A stretch of DNA of 64,000 nucleotides from Candidatus Sulfotelmatobacter sp. (lineage in GTDB: Bacteria; Patescibacteriota; Saccharimonadia; Saccharimonadales; UBA4665): contig DATJNI010000007.1 in assembly GCA_035508275.1 (NCBI GenBank), positions 60,324 to 124,323 on the forward strand, given 5' to 3'. Position numbers and translations under genes: made by a program. The notes under the pieces were generated by a model that worked only from the letters and a program-made list of their open reading frames with translations, ran no database searches and was not told the DNA's origin. Shown in pieces: positions 54,187-62,223 of this stretch (the stretch's first letter is position 1; each line of letters begins with the position of its first letter).

Positions 54187-54461
54187 TCATCCTCACTTAA
54201 CAATGATATTATTTGATAGCCGTATTTATCTACATCTTCCTTAGACCAAAAGTCAAGATCTTTAGTTTTACCAACGTATCCAACCTTACGGTGGATAGTG
54301 CGACCTGTAGGCTGCTTGGTCGCCGAGTTAATCTCATTTAGCACTAAAGTATCACCTGGTTGACAATCCCAGTCTGCCAGCCTTAACTCATAAGTTTTTT
54401 CACCACTGGCAAGTTTATCAAAGTATTCTGATAGTATCTTTTTCTCAATAACTTTGCTCAT
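54183..54461 (-). CDS. ASCH-fold protein, DUF3850 type
   Basis: KKILSEYFDKLASGEKTYELRLADWDCQPGDTLVLNE parallels the DUF3850 consensus (K-I-W-P-E-Y-F...G-x-K-T-F-E-L-R-x-N-D-R-x-F-x-x-G-D). Confidence 0.75.
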   Translation of the reverse strand: MSKVIEKKILSEYFDKLASGEKTYELRLADWDCQPGDTLVLNEINSATKQPTGRTIHRKVGYVGKTKDLDFWSKEDVDKYGYQIISLLSEDE

Positions 54462-54826
54462 GCTTTTGCTATCTCTATATAATTACCGCTTGGGTCACGA
54501 ACAAAAGCATAGGTCAGCAGCACACCCTTAGTAATAGGAATAACTATTACGCAACCTTGTTTTTCAAGTTCTGCTATGTCACTTTCAAGATTATTTGATG
54601 CAACCGCTATATGTTGGCGTATAAATTCTACTTGAGGATGTTTGGTGTCAATAAATTGCCATAGCTCAATACCAGCTCCGCTTTCTGACGCCATCTGTGC
54701 AGCATGAGCTTCTGGCTCAGGTTTTTCAAATCTGGTTGTTACGCTAAAACCAAGTTTTTCATATAGTTTTATGGCTTCACCTAAGTCTTTTACTTCAAAT
54801 CCGCTATGTAAGTATTTGGTTATCAT
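54458..54826 (-). CDS. VOC (glyoxalase/bleomycin-resistance/dioxygenase) family protein
   Basis: HSGFEVKDLGEAIKLYEKLGF and VRDPSGNYIEI blocks. I prefer ATG 54826, which removes the overlap with the upstream gene. Confidence 0.7.
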   Translation of the reverse strand: MITKYLHSGFEVKDLGEAIKLYEKLGFSVTTRFEKPEPEAHAAQMASESGAGIELWQFIDTKHPQVEFIRQHIAVASNNLESDIAELEKQGCVIVIPITKGVLLTYAFVRDPSGNYIEIAKA

Positions 54827-54830
54827 AATG

Positions 54831-55370
54831 TTATTTCTTGTAAAACAAGCTTTCAATTTGCTTAAGGTCATTGGTTGGTTCAATGTCGGTTAGGCTTTCC
54901 AGCGTTTCATTAGACTGAGGATCTTCAAATACTAATGTGAACCTAGGCGAGTGTTTATTAAAGCGGCAATCAGGAAACAACATATGGTGATGCCATTCAA
55001 CCCCTTGTTTATTCAAAACTTTGGCTCGGTTGATAATTTTGTTAACCGTATCGCTTGGCTGGTAGTCTGAATCGGTAGACTCTTGATTCAGCACTTTTGA
55101 CCCATGAAGTAATGGAGATAGTTCTTGACCCAGTGTTTTCTCTGCTTGTTTAGAATAGTGTACTAGCGCTATACCTTGTGTGGGACACTCAAAAACAAAT
55201 GCATACTTTTGGTTATCATTGAGACTGCAAGCTGGCGTAAGTATATGAAAATGCCACTTTACACCATTGTTATGGCACTTGAGTGCTTTATCACGGATTA
55301 CACTGATCTCAGTCTCTTGCATACACTCATTGTAAGGCTGTTCAGAGGTTTTCATCAAACACAAATGCAC
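54831..55370 (-). CDS. uncharacterised protein made of two tandem copies of a ~50-aa W-H-x-H / Cys domain
   Basis: The repeats IRDKALKCHNNGVKWHFHILTPACSLNDNQKYAFVFECP and IINRAKVLNKQGVEWHHHMLFPDCRFNKHSPRFTLVFEDP align position by position. Start codon uncertain (GTG 55370, ATG 55355 or ATG 55322). Confidence 0.6.
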   Translation of the reverse strand: MHLCLMKTSEQPYNECMQETEISVIRDKALKCHNNGVKWHFHILTPACSLNDNQKYAFVFECPTQGIALVHYSKQAEKTLGQELSPLLHGSKVLNQESTDSDYQPSDTVNKIINRAKVLNKQGVEWHHHMLFPDCRFNKHSPRFTLVFEDPQSNETLESLTDIEPTNDLKQIESLFYKK

Positions 55371-55722
55371 TTATCTGTTTAATTCCATGCTCTATAAAGC
55401 TGCAAACTCTCAGTTGACCATCCCAAACCCTATAACCATGTCGCATGTTATCTTTGACTGCTACAATCGGTGGTACTTTATCAAGGCTATCTTTGCTTAT
55501 TAGTTTATCTTGTATCACTGGTTTTATCTTTGACCAGGCGTCAACATATTGCATCTCTTTTAGGTCAGTGACATCTATCCAGCCATGTATATCTGTATGG
55601 GCTATGATCAGACTATCTATTGGCAATAAGCCTTCATGCCAATGGTCTTGATAATATTCTTTATCCTTAAAGTTTATTTCAATCAGCCTTTTGTAAAAGT
55701 AGTCCAGATCAATCTTTTTCAT
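55342..55722 (-). CDS. hypothetical protein with possible ParB/sulfiredoxin-like C-terminal domain
   Basis: VPPIVAVKDNMRHGYRVWDGQLRVCSFIEHGIKQISAFVF resembles the ParB N-terminal-domain core (PPI.V....Y.V.DG.HR). The call is weak. Confidence 0.5.
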   Translation of the reverse strand: MKKIDLDYFYKRLIEINFKDKEYYQDHWHEGLLPIDSLIIAHTDIHGWIDVTDLKEMQYVDAWSKIKPVIQDKLISKDSLDKVPPIVAVKDNMRHGYRVWDGQLRVCSFIEHGIKQISAFVFDENL

Positions 55723-55736
55723 CTAAGGCATTATAA

Positions 55737-56375
55737 TTGAGGTATATGGATAGAGCTAAACAAATAGCTAAAGACTCAGCAATGGCAGCAGCAGATTCAA
55801 TTGCCAGTAAGATACCTGGATTAGATATAGCTTGGGGCGTTTCAAAAGCTGTTTATGGCAGTGGGCTAAAACTTAGGCAGCAGAAAGCACTAGAGTGGGT
55901 GGAAATGATAAGAGATAACCCTGGTATCTTTACGGAAGGATTATTAAGCAAAGAGTCATTCCAAGATAGTTTTGTTTACGCACTTGAGAAATACATAACG
56001 GAGCGGAATGAACAAAAAAGACAATACGCCAGAAATATATTCTTGCACTTGGCTGAAGCTGAAAGCATTGAGGATTTTCCACTTGAGAGGCTTTATATAA
56101 CATTGGAACAGCTCAGCATGAATGACATTGCCGTGCTATCTGATATTGACCCTGAGCGAACAGACATTAACTATCAAATATATGGTGCTACAGATCAGAA
56201 GCTAGACAACATATACTCGCTGTTGCAGGTAGGCATAATAAGGGAAAGTCAGGGATCACATACAATAGTTGATGGTTTCCGAGCGCCATTTGTAAATATA
56301 TCTAATTTTGGCAAAGAGTTTACTAAATACATTAAGAGGGATAGTAGTGAAGATTCAAGTGAGTCTGATGAATAA
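55737..56375 (+). CDS. hypothetical protein (212 aa) with acidic Ser-rich tail, island
   Basis: Intact ORF divergent from the five-gene operon. No family recognised. Confidence 0.5.
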   Translation: MRYMDRAKQIAKDSAMAAADSIASKIPGLDIAWGVSKAVYGSGLKLRQQKALEWVEMIRDNPGIFTEGLLSKESFQDSFVYALEKYITERNEQKRQYARNIFLHLAEAESIEDFPLERLYITLEQLSMNDIAVLSDIDPERTDINYQIYGATDQKLDNIYSLLQVGIIRESQGSHTIVDGFRAPFVNISNFGKEFTKYIKRDSSEDSSESDE

Positions 56376-56402
56376 AGCCAGGCTACTTTAATTTTTATAC
56401 TA

Positions 56403-57197
56403 CTACGGATTGCCCCAAGTGCTGTTGACATAGATATGGACATACTTTGTATAAGTCCATTGCTGATATGTAACATCTATAGTAACTACGGCATCACTAG
56501 TATGGTCATTTAGGAAATACTGCGGTGCAGTACCTAAGAGTAATGTATTGTTAGCATCATCAATGTTTAGCAACATAGGTATGTCAGGGTAACTAGAACC
56601 TAATGGATTAAGTGAGGACACTGTTGCAGCCGACCAAGATAATGGACTAGTTGAGCCATCAGAATACTCAGCAACTAGATTAAATGGAATTGGCGTGTAA
56701 TCATAGCAAGTTTCCGGCGTGCCACTGATAATATCGCCAAACTCACAATACGGTATATAGATTGTCTCATTAGCACCTGGTGTTGGTGAGATAACTGCTA
56801 TGCCGGTCATGGTAGGCGCTGGCTTTTGTGGAGCAGGTTGTGTTGATGTTGAAGATGCAGTTTTGCCACTACTTGACGGTGTGCCACTAGACTGACTACT
56901 TGTTGAGGTTTTACTGCTTGGTTTGTTAGTATGACTGGTCACGCTATTGGTAGCAGGGTTATCAGACTTATTATTTGATGCTGTCTGTTTGCTAACAGTT
57001 TTATTACTAGTATTACTACTATTGATGATCATAGGAGCAGCATAAGCAGACGCAGCTACAACAATCACAATTCCAACTATGACACCTACTGGAAAGCCTC
57101 TGTATCTTTTCATAAACAGCTCAGAGACTTTTATCCACTTTGCGCTTGTTTTACTTATGGTTTTAGTTTTAATTTTATTAAAAATACTCATAATCAT
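56403..57197 (-). CDS. membrane-anchored extracellular protein with Ser/Thr-rich linker, island
   Basis: TM helix FPVGVIVGIVIVVAASAYA, a long S/T/N/K linker, and a ~130-aa C-terminal globular domain. Confidence 0.6.
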   Translation of the reverse strand: MIMSIFNKIKTKTISKTSAKWIKVSELFMKRYRGFPVGVIVGIVIVVAASAYAAPMIINSSNTSNKTVSKQTASNNKSDNPATNSVTSHTNKPSSKTSTSSQSSGTPSSSGKTASSTSTQPAPQKPAPTMTGIAVISPTPGANETIYIPYCEFGDIISGTPETCYDYTPIPFNLVAEYSDGSTSPLSWSAATVSSLNPLGSSYPDIPMLLNIDDANNTLLLGTAPQYFLNDHTSDAVVTIDVTYQQWTYTKYVHIYVNSTWGNP

Positions 57198-57201
57198 TCC
57201 T

Positions 57202-57786
57202 TTAGTAAGTTATTGATTGGTTATCACTTGGGTTATTGTCATTTGTGCCACCATAAGTAATGTTGCAGATGTTATTGTGAGTTGTGTAATTGTAGTTATA
57301 GCTAAGAATGTAATGGTTACTAAAGTCATTATTTTGAGCTGTTGTTATTGATCCAAGATTACCTAGATATTGAGGGGCGGTATTATCATCAAAGATATTA
57401 GCCTGGTACATCTCATTAGGGTTGGCTGCTGCCTGTTGACTAAAGTATTTGCATAGCTTAGGTAGGATTGTGTGGTTATCCTGGCTAGGATTTATTACCG
57501 CTGTAACTGTTATAAAAGCGCCGTCATTCTTATTGGTAACATAGTCTAAAGATACAGGTGGATTTGTAGATGTAGAGGCGGTTGAGCCTTTGCTGGCAGT
57601 GGTTTTATTGCTTGGAGCAGTTATAGCTGTGAGAATTATCAAAACAACTACGGCTGATCCAAAGTAAATAGCAATCTTACGGCGGTTATACGGTTTACCA
57701 GTCCGTTTATTTTTACCTGGTTTGGCTAGACCACCTACTAATAGAATGATGGATATTACTAATAAAAAGATCAGAAAGCCACGCAT
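57202..57786 (-). CDS. two-TM membrane protein with extracellular Asn-rich domain, island
   Basis: Helices FLIFLLVISIILLVGGLA and IAIYFGSAVVVLIILTAITA, followed by an S/T linker. Confidence 0.55.
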   Translation of the reverse strand: MRGFLIFLLVISIILLVGGLAKPGKNKRTGKPYNRRKIAIYFGSAVVVLIILTAITAPSNKTTASKGSTASTSTNPPVSLDYVTNKNDGAFITVTAVINPSQDNHTILPKLCKYFSQQAAANPNEMYQANIFDDNTAPQYLGNLGSITTAQNNDFSNHYILSYNYNYTTHNNICNITYGGTNDNNPSDNQSITY

Positions 57787-57886
57787 TTACTTCTCCTTTC
57801 AGGCTTTTTAACCTGACGACAAGCAAACACAAAGCCTACCGCCAGGCGACAACCTCTCGGCTGCCTACATGAGTTTCCCCATGCAA

Positions 57887-57930
57887 CCAATAGACAGTAC
57901 CTGAACGATAGGCTCAGTATTGTCTATTGG
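57887..57930. repeat. 10-bp perfect inverted repeat CCAATAGACA-N24-TGTCTATTGG upstream of the recombinase gene
   Basis: Read directly. Lies about 110 nt upstream of the recombinase start. Confidence 0.5.
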
Positions 57931-58041
57931 ATTTGAGTCCATGCCTGTTGCCAGGTTTAGGACTTTACTAAATTGTATTAACACTATAGAAGTGTTGACA
58001 TCATTGTACCACCATCCAATCAAGTCCATCTCTGTTAAAAT

Positions 58042-59634
58042 GTGATCATGGATCAAGGTGAAGAAGAAGTCATAGATTTTACTAAACTCAGATATGCTTT
58101 ATATTTGCGCAAAAGTACCGATGATAAAGAGCGACAACAGAGATCCATAGACGATCAACAAGCCGAGTGCGAAGAGATGGCTGCAAAGTATGGATGGCAC
58201 TTAGTAAAGCCTTATTATGAAGACCACGGCTCTGCTAAAGTACCTCGCAATCCTAAACGTGGGCGGTTTTATGACCTATTAAAAGATCTGGAAGCTGGAA
58301 AGGTGGATGGAATAATAGCTTGGCATCCAGACAGGTTGGCTAGAAATATGGAAGATGGTGGAGAAATTTTTGGTCTATTAGATCGGAAAGTGCTAAAAGA
58401 TCTAAAGTTTGTTACTCATTACTACACCAATGATGCAACAGGCAAAATGCTTCTAGGCATATCTTTCACTCTGTCAACTTACTATTCTGCTAACTTATCT
58501 CAAAATGTTAAGAGAGGTCATAGAAGAGCTTTAGGTGAAGCTAAATCATCTGGCGCTCCAAAACATGGCTATAACCGTTCTGAGCAAGGTATTTATGAGC
58601 CTAATGAAAACTATGAAATAGTAAAGGAAGCATGGCAGATGAGGCTCAGAGGTCATAGTTTGAGAGAAATATCTGACTGGATGAATGAAAATGGCTATGC
58701 AAGGGTCATTAAGGACAAGAAATCAAAGAAGTTTAACCAAATAATCAAAATGAGTTTTCAGACTGTAGGTGAAATGTTTAAAGACTCCTTTTATTGTGGT
58801 CTGATGGTGCAAACAAATAAGACTGTTGACCTTAGAGAAGCCTATAATTTTGAGCCAGTAGTTAATGAAGATGAATATGATGAGGTTCAGCGACTATCTA
58901 GGGCTACAGCTTCACCTTTGATTAAAAATAGGCGCAAAACCTTTTATCCTCTGAGAGGTATGGTGAAGTGTGCATTATGTGGTAGAAATATGTCGCCAGG
59001 TGCATCAAAAGGACAACATGGTGATCGCAAGCGTTACTTATATTACCGTTGCATAAATGCTGAGTGTACTCGCAAAAAGAAATCTATAAGGGGGAAGGTC
59101 ATATTCAATTTTATATATGACCTACTAAAAGATGGTGTCAATTTAACTGATAAGGATTACAAAGATTATTATGAACATTTGACTAATGAAGCCAACAAAG
59201 ATGCTACAACTATACAAACTGAACTTAACAGCAAAAGAGGAGCATTAAAGGCTACAAACAAAAGGATAAAAAATATTGGTCTTAAGCTTATAGATTATTC
59301 TCAAGACTCACCTGTTTGGAAGGTTAATAATGACGAACTAATAAAATTGGAAAAAGATGCAAAAGATCTCAAAAAACAGATAGTTGAGCTTAAAGAAAAC
59401 CAGACTGATCCTAAAAAAGACATACTTAGCATTGAGCAGTTTTTGAACCTAGCAAAAAAGGCTGGTTCTAAAGTGAAGGCAGCTAATGAGGTTGGGAAAG
59501 ATCATATTTGCCGAATAATCTTTTTGAACCTCATGGTTGATGAGCAAGAAGTAACTGATTATCACCTTACAAAAGCATTTTCTAAGCTAGAAAAGATGCA
59601 AAATGTCGGTGATGGTCGGGGTGAGAGGACTTGA
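58042..59634 (+). CDS. large serine recombinase (integrase)
   Basis: The N-terminal resolvase motif ALYLRKSTDDKERQQRSIDDQ carries the catalytic Ser. DGIIAWHPDRLARN. Recombinase domain. Zinc ribbon CALCGRNM...YYRCINAECTRK. C-terminal coiled coil. 530 aa. Confidence 0.9.
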   Translation: MIMDQGEEEVIDFTKLRYALYLRKSTDDKERQQRSIDDQQAECEEMAAKYGWHLVKPYYEDHGSAKVPRNPKRGRFYDLLKDLEAGKVDGIIAWHPDRLARNMEDGGEIFGLLDRKVLKDLKFVTHYYTNDATGKMLLGISFTLSTYYSANLSQNVKRGHRRALGEAKSSGAPKHGYNRSEQGIYEPNENYEIVKEAWQMRLRGHSLREISDWMNENGYARVIKDKKSKKFNQIIKMSFQTVGEMFKDSFYCGLMVQTNKTVDLREAYNFEPVVNEDEYDEVQRLSRATASPLIKNRRKTFYPLRGMVKCALCGRNMSPGASKGQHGDRKRYLYYRCINAECTRKKKSIRGKVIFNFIYDLLKDGVNLTDKDYKDYYEHLTNEANKDATTIQTELNSKRGALKATNKRIKNIGLKLIDYSQDSPVWKVNNDELIKLEKDAKDLKKQIVELKENQTDPKKDILSIEQFLNLAKKAGSKVKAANEVGKDHICRIIFLNLMVDEQEVTDYHLTKAFSKLEKMQNVGDGRGERT

Positions 59635-59689
59635 ACCTCCGACCTCCGCGTCCCAAACGCGGCGCGCTAGCCAACTGCGCCACACCCCG
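59613..59689 (-). tRNA. tRNA-Pro (anticodon UGG)
   Basis: Reverse complement CGGGGTGTGGCGCAGTTGGCTAGCGCGCCGCGTTTGGGACGCGGAGGTCGGAGGTTCAAGTCCTCTCACCCCGACCA. Anticodon loop TTTGGGA. The first 22 nt (59613-59634) overlap the recombinase ORF on the other strand. Confidence 0.9.
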
Positions 59690-59721
59690 AAAACAGATAG
59701 ATTATACCAGAGATTAAGGTG

Positions 59722-60519
59722 TTAACCTAAGGTCTTCTGGATTTGCTTAATGGAGTTTGTTCTATTTGGTTTGTCACAATTTATGAGTACAGCGTTGAAT
59801 TGTCTTGGTCCGTTTGTTTCAAGTAAGTTCTTAGTTTTAATATTATCTCTCCAGCGTGGCAGTACGCTTTCTAAACTAATTCCTAGAGAAGCGTTGAGTG
59901 CACCGCACATGCCAATGTCAGTAATATGTGCTGTGCCTCTTGGTAGAATGCGAGCATCGGCTGTTGGTACGTGCCAGTGATCGCCAACCACTAGATTGAC
60001 TCGGCCGTCTAAGTAATGGCCAATGATTACCTTTTCGCTCGAGTAGTCTCCATGGAAATTAACTACTATGGCGTCTAGTTCTTGGTCCTGATATTCACTG
60101 AGGATCTTGTCTATTACTTTTAGTGGGTTATCTAGCTGCAAACCTGCATCTTTGCCAACTATTTTACCTTGAAGGCTAGCTACTAGGGTTGTTTTACCGT
60201 TTTTGGCAATTAACTTTTGACCTAATCCAGGAGTGCCTTCTGGGTAGTTGGCTGGGCGGATTATTGGTTGTTTAGGATCTTGCAGCGCTGGATATATTTC
60301 CCTATTGGTAAGGCTCCAGTTGCCACCGCTACAGAAGTCTACGCCAGCTTTTAGTAGTCTTTTAAAGTCAGCAATGCTAGTGCCTTTGCCGCCTGTTACG
60401 TTTTCCGCTTGAGCTATTACTAGATCAATCTTTTCCTCATTTATGAGGGTTGGTAAAACTTCTTCAACTACTTCAAGGCCAACCTCCCCCATGACGTCGC
60501 CGATATAGAGGATGTTCAT
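59722..60519 (-). CDS. ymdB: YmdB-like metallophosphoesterase (2',3'-cyclic-nucleotide phosphodiesterase family)
   Basis: MNILYIGDVMG, GGNWS, NFHGDYSSEK and GDHWHVPTAD metallophosphoesterase motifs. Directly downstream of rny, as in Firmicutes. Confidence 0.85.
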   Translation of the reverse strand: MNILYIGDVMGEVGLEVVEEVLPTLINEEKIDLVIAQAENVTGGKGTSIADFKRLLKAGVDFCSGGNWSLTNREIYPALQDPKQPIIRPANYPEGTPGLGQKLIAKNGKTTLVASLQGKIVGKDAGLQLDNPLKVIDKILSEYQDQELDAIVVNFHGDYSSEKVIIGHYLDGRVNLVVGDHWHVPTADARILPRGTAHITDIGMCGALNASLGISLESVLPRWRDNIKTKNLLETNGPRQFNAVLINCDKPNRTNSIKQIQKTLG

Positions 60520-60521
60520 GA

Positions 60522-62030
60522 CTACTTAGCGAATTCTACGGCTCTGGTTTCGCGGATTACGTTTACTTTGACAGTACCTGGGTACTGCATGGTGGATTCA
60601 ATTTTAGTGGCGATGTCTCTAGCCATTTTAATGGCGTTAAGATCATCTATGGATTCTGGTCTGACAAATATTCTGACTTCACGTCCGGCACTAATGGCGT
60701 AGGATTTCTCAACTCCGTTAAAGCTGTTAGCAACATTCTCAAGATCTTTCATGCGCTCAGCAAAGTTTTCGGCGGAGATGTTTCTGGCTCCTGGTCTTGC
60801 AGCGCTCATTGCATCAACTGTTCGAATAATTAAAGCTTCGACGGTTGTTGCATCGACGTCGTCGTGATGTTGTTCGGCGGCTAGAGCTACTTCTTCGGGG
60901 GCACCGTACTTTCTTAGTATTTCCCCGGAAATGTGGTGGTGCTTGCCTTCTATCTTGTGGGTTAGGGCTTTACCAATGTCGTGGACTAGGGCAGCGTATT
61001 TAGTTGTTTTTACATCTGCACCTACTTCTTCAGCAATTATGGCTGACAGGTGGGCCATTTCGGTGGAGTGTTTTAGTACGTTCTGGCCGTAGCTAGTTCG
61101 GTATCTTAGTTCTCCAAGTAAGTGCAAGATTTCTTTAGGAATACCTATAACACCAACTTCTCGGGCAGCATCTTCACCGGCTCGCATGACATCTTTATCA
61201 ACATTCTTTTGGGCCTTTTCAATTACTTCCTCAATCCTACCAGGATGGATACGCCCATCTTTTATGAGCATTTCTAATGCTTGACGGGCTACTTCACGCC
61301 TAACGGGATCAAAGCTACTTAGTACTACATAGCCAGGCGTGTCATCTACTAGGATGTCAACGCCAGTTGCTCGTTGAAGAGCTTGGATGTTTCGCCCTTC
61401 TTTGCCGATGATACGGCCTTTCATTTCTTCGTCTTCAAGTTTTACGGATGTGATGGTTCGCTCAGCCGTTACTTCACTAGCCATGCGCTCCATAGCCGTA
61501 GTTATTATTAATGCTGCCTGTTCTTCGGCGTTGTCTCTGGCTTCATTTTGCTTCTTGGAGATTAGACCGATGAGATCATTCTTTATATCCCTTTCGGTCA
61601 TTTGCATTAGCTTGTCGGCTGCTTCGGCTTTTGTAAGTTTAGCGATTTTTTCTAATTTATCTTGTTGCTTGGTACGAATGGTACGGATTTCGTTTTTTAG
61701 AGATTCAACTTCGTCTTCGTTCTTTCGTAGCATTTCACTTCTTTTGTCTAGTTCGTCTAGTTTCTTGTCTAGAGATTCTTCGCGGGTTACTAGTCTGGCT
61801 TCAAGGTCTTTTAGTTCCCTTCTTCTGGACTGTTCTTCTTTTCTAGTTTCCTCAACGGATTTGTTTGCGTCTTCCCTAGCCTGCTCGACTAGTTTGCTAG
61901 CTTCTTTTTTGGCTTTATCTAGTTCTTTTTGTGCTTTTTCTTCAGCGGAACCCATTCTTTGTTTGGTAATAGCTAGACTGGCGGCAAAACCAACAGCTAG
62001 CCCTGCAATAGCAAGCACTGCCTCTATCAT
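60522..62030 (-). CDS. rny: ribonuclease Y
   Basis: N-terminal TM helix, Lys/Glu-rich coiled coil, KH motif GRIIGKEGRNIQAL, and HD domain HSTEMAHL...LVHDIGKA. Confidence 0.95.
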   Translation of the reverse strand: MIEAVLAIAGLAVGFAASLAITKQRMGSAEEKAQKELDKAKKEASKLVEQAREDANKSVEETRKEEQSRRRELKDLEARLVTREESLDKKLDELDKRSEMLRKNEDEVESLKNEIRTIRTKQQDKLEKIAKLTKAEAADKLMQMTERDIKNDLIGLISKKQNEARDNAEEQAALIITTAMERMASEVTAERTITSVKLEDEEMKGRIIGKEGRNIQALQRATGVDILVDDTPGYVVLSSFDPVRREVARQALEMLIKDGRIHPGRIEEVIEKAQKNVDKDVMRAGEDAAREVGVIGIPKEILHLLGELRYRTSYGQNVLKHSTEMAHLSAIIAEEVGADVKTTKYAALVHDIGKALTHKIEGKHHHISGEILRKYGAPEEVALAAEQHHDDVDATTVEALIIRTVDAMSAARPGARNISAENFAERMKDLENVANSFNGVEKSYAISAGREVRIFVRPESIDDLNAIKMARDIATKIESTMQYPGTVKVNVIRETRAVEFAK

Positions 62031-62223
62031 AATTATCCTTTCTACTGTAGAGAGTAGATGAGGCGCTTACCCAGAAAAAGCGATCGCTATCAAGTCACTA
62101 GCTTTTCTCAGATAGATAAACGTTCTTACTCTCAAAAAACCTAAAAATTATTGCGTAACCTTGGTAAAGGAAGCTATCTATAGTCTCTTCTTCTTAGAAG
62201 CTAAAACGTTCCTTATATGAAAT

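Larger units (their letters stand above)
52782..59634. mobile_element. putative integrative genomic island (~6.9 kb) bounded on the right by a large serine recombinase gene abutting tRNA-Pro(UGG)
   Basis: The recombinase is the terminal gene and overlaps the tRNA 3-prime end. Spot G+C counts of single 60-nt lines were 30-42% inside versus 48-50% in flanking core genes. Contents are orphan or accessory only. A GC-rich 30-nt patch at 52782-52811 resembles the tRNA-Pro 3-prime end. The left boundary is approximate. Confidence 0.6.

Noticed and set aside
57865-58056. 63-aa minus-strand ORF upstream of the recombinase (possible excisionase)
   Set aside because: It has no ribosome-binding site, overlaps the recombinase start and promoter region, and its sequence has no HTH or Xis-like character.
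49546-59689. The two near-identical tRNA-Pro 3-prime halves as direct repeats (att sites) bounding a 10-kb element
   Set aside because: Both are complete tRNAs with different anticodons (CGG and UGG) and compensatory stem changes. The interval contains core-like genes (LCP transferase) with core-like G+C. The compositional break is at about 52.78 kb, not at 49.6 kb.
61387-62061. 224-aa plus-strand ORF
   Set aside because: It lies entirely antisense to rny. Its Ser/Leu/Phe-rich low-complexity translation is the mirror of the Lys/Glu-rich coiled coil of RNase Y, so it is a shadow ORF.
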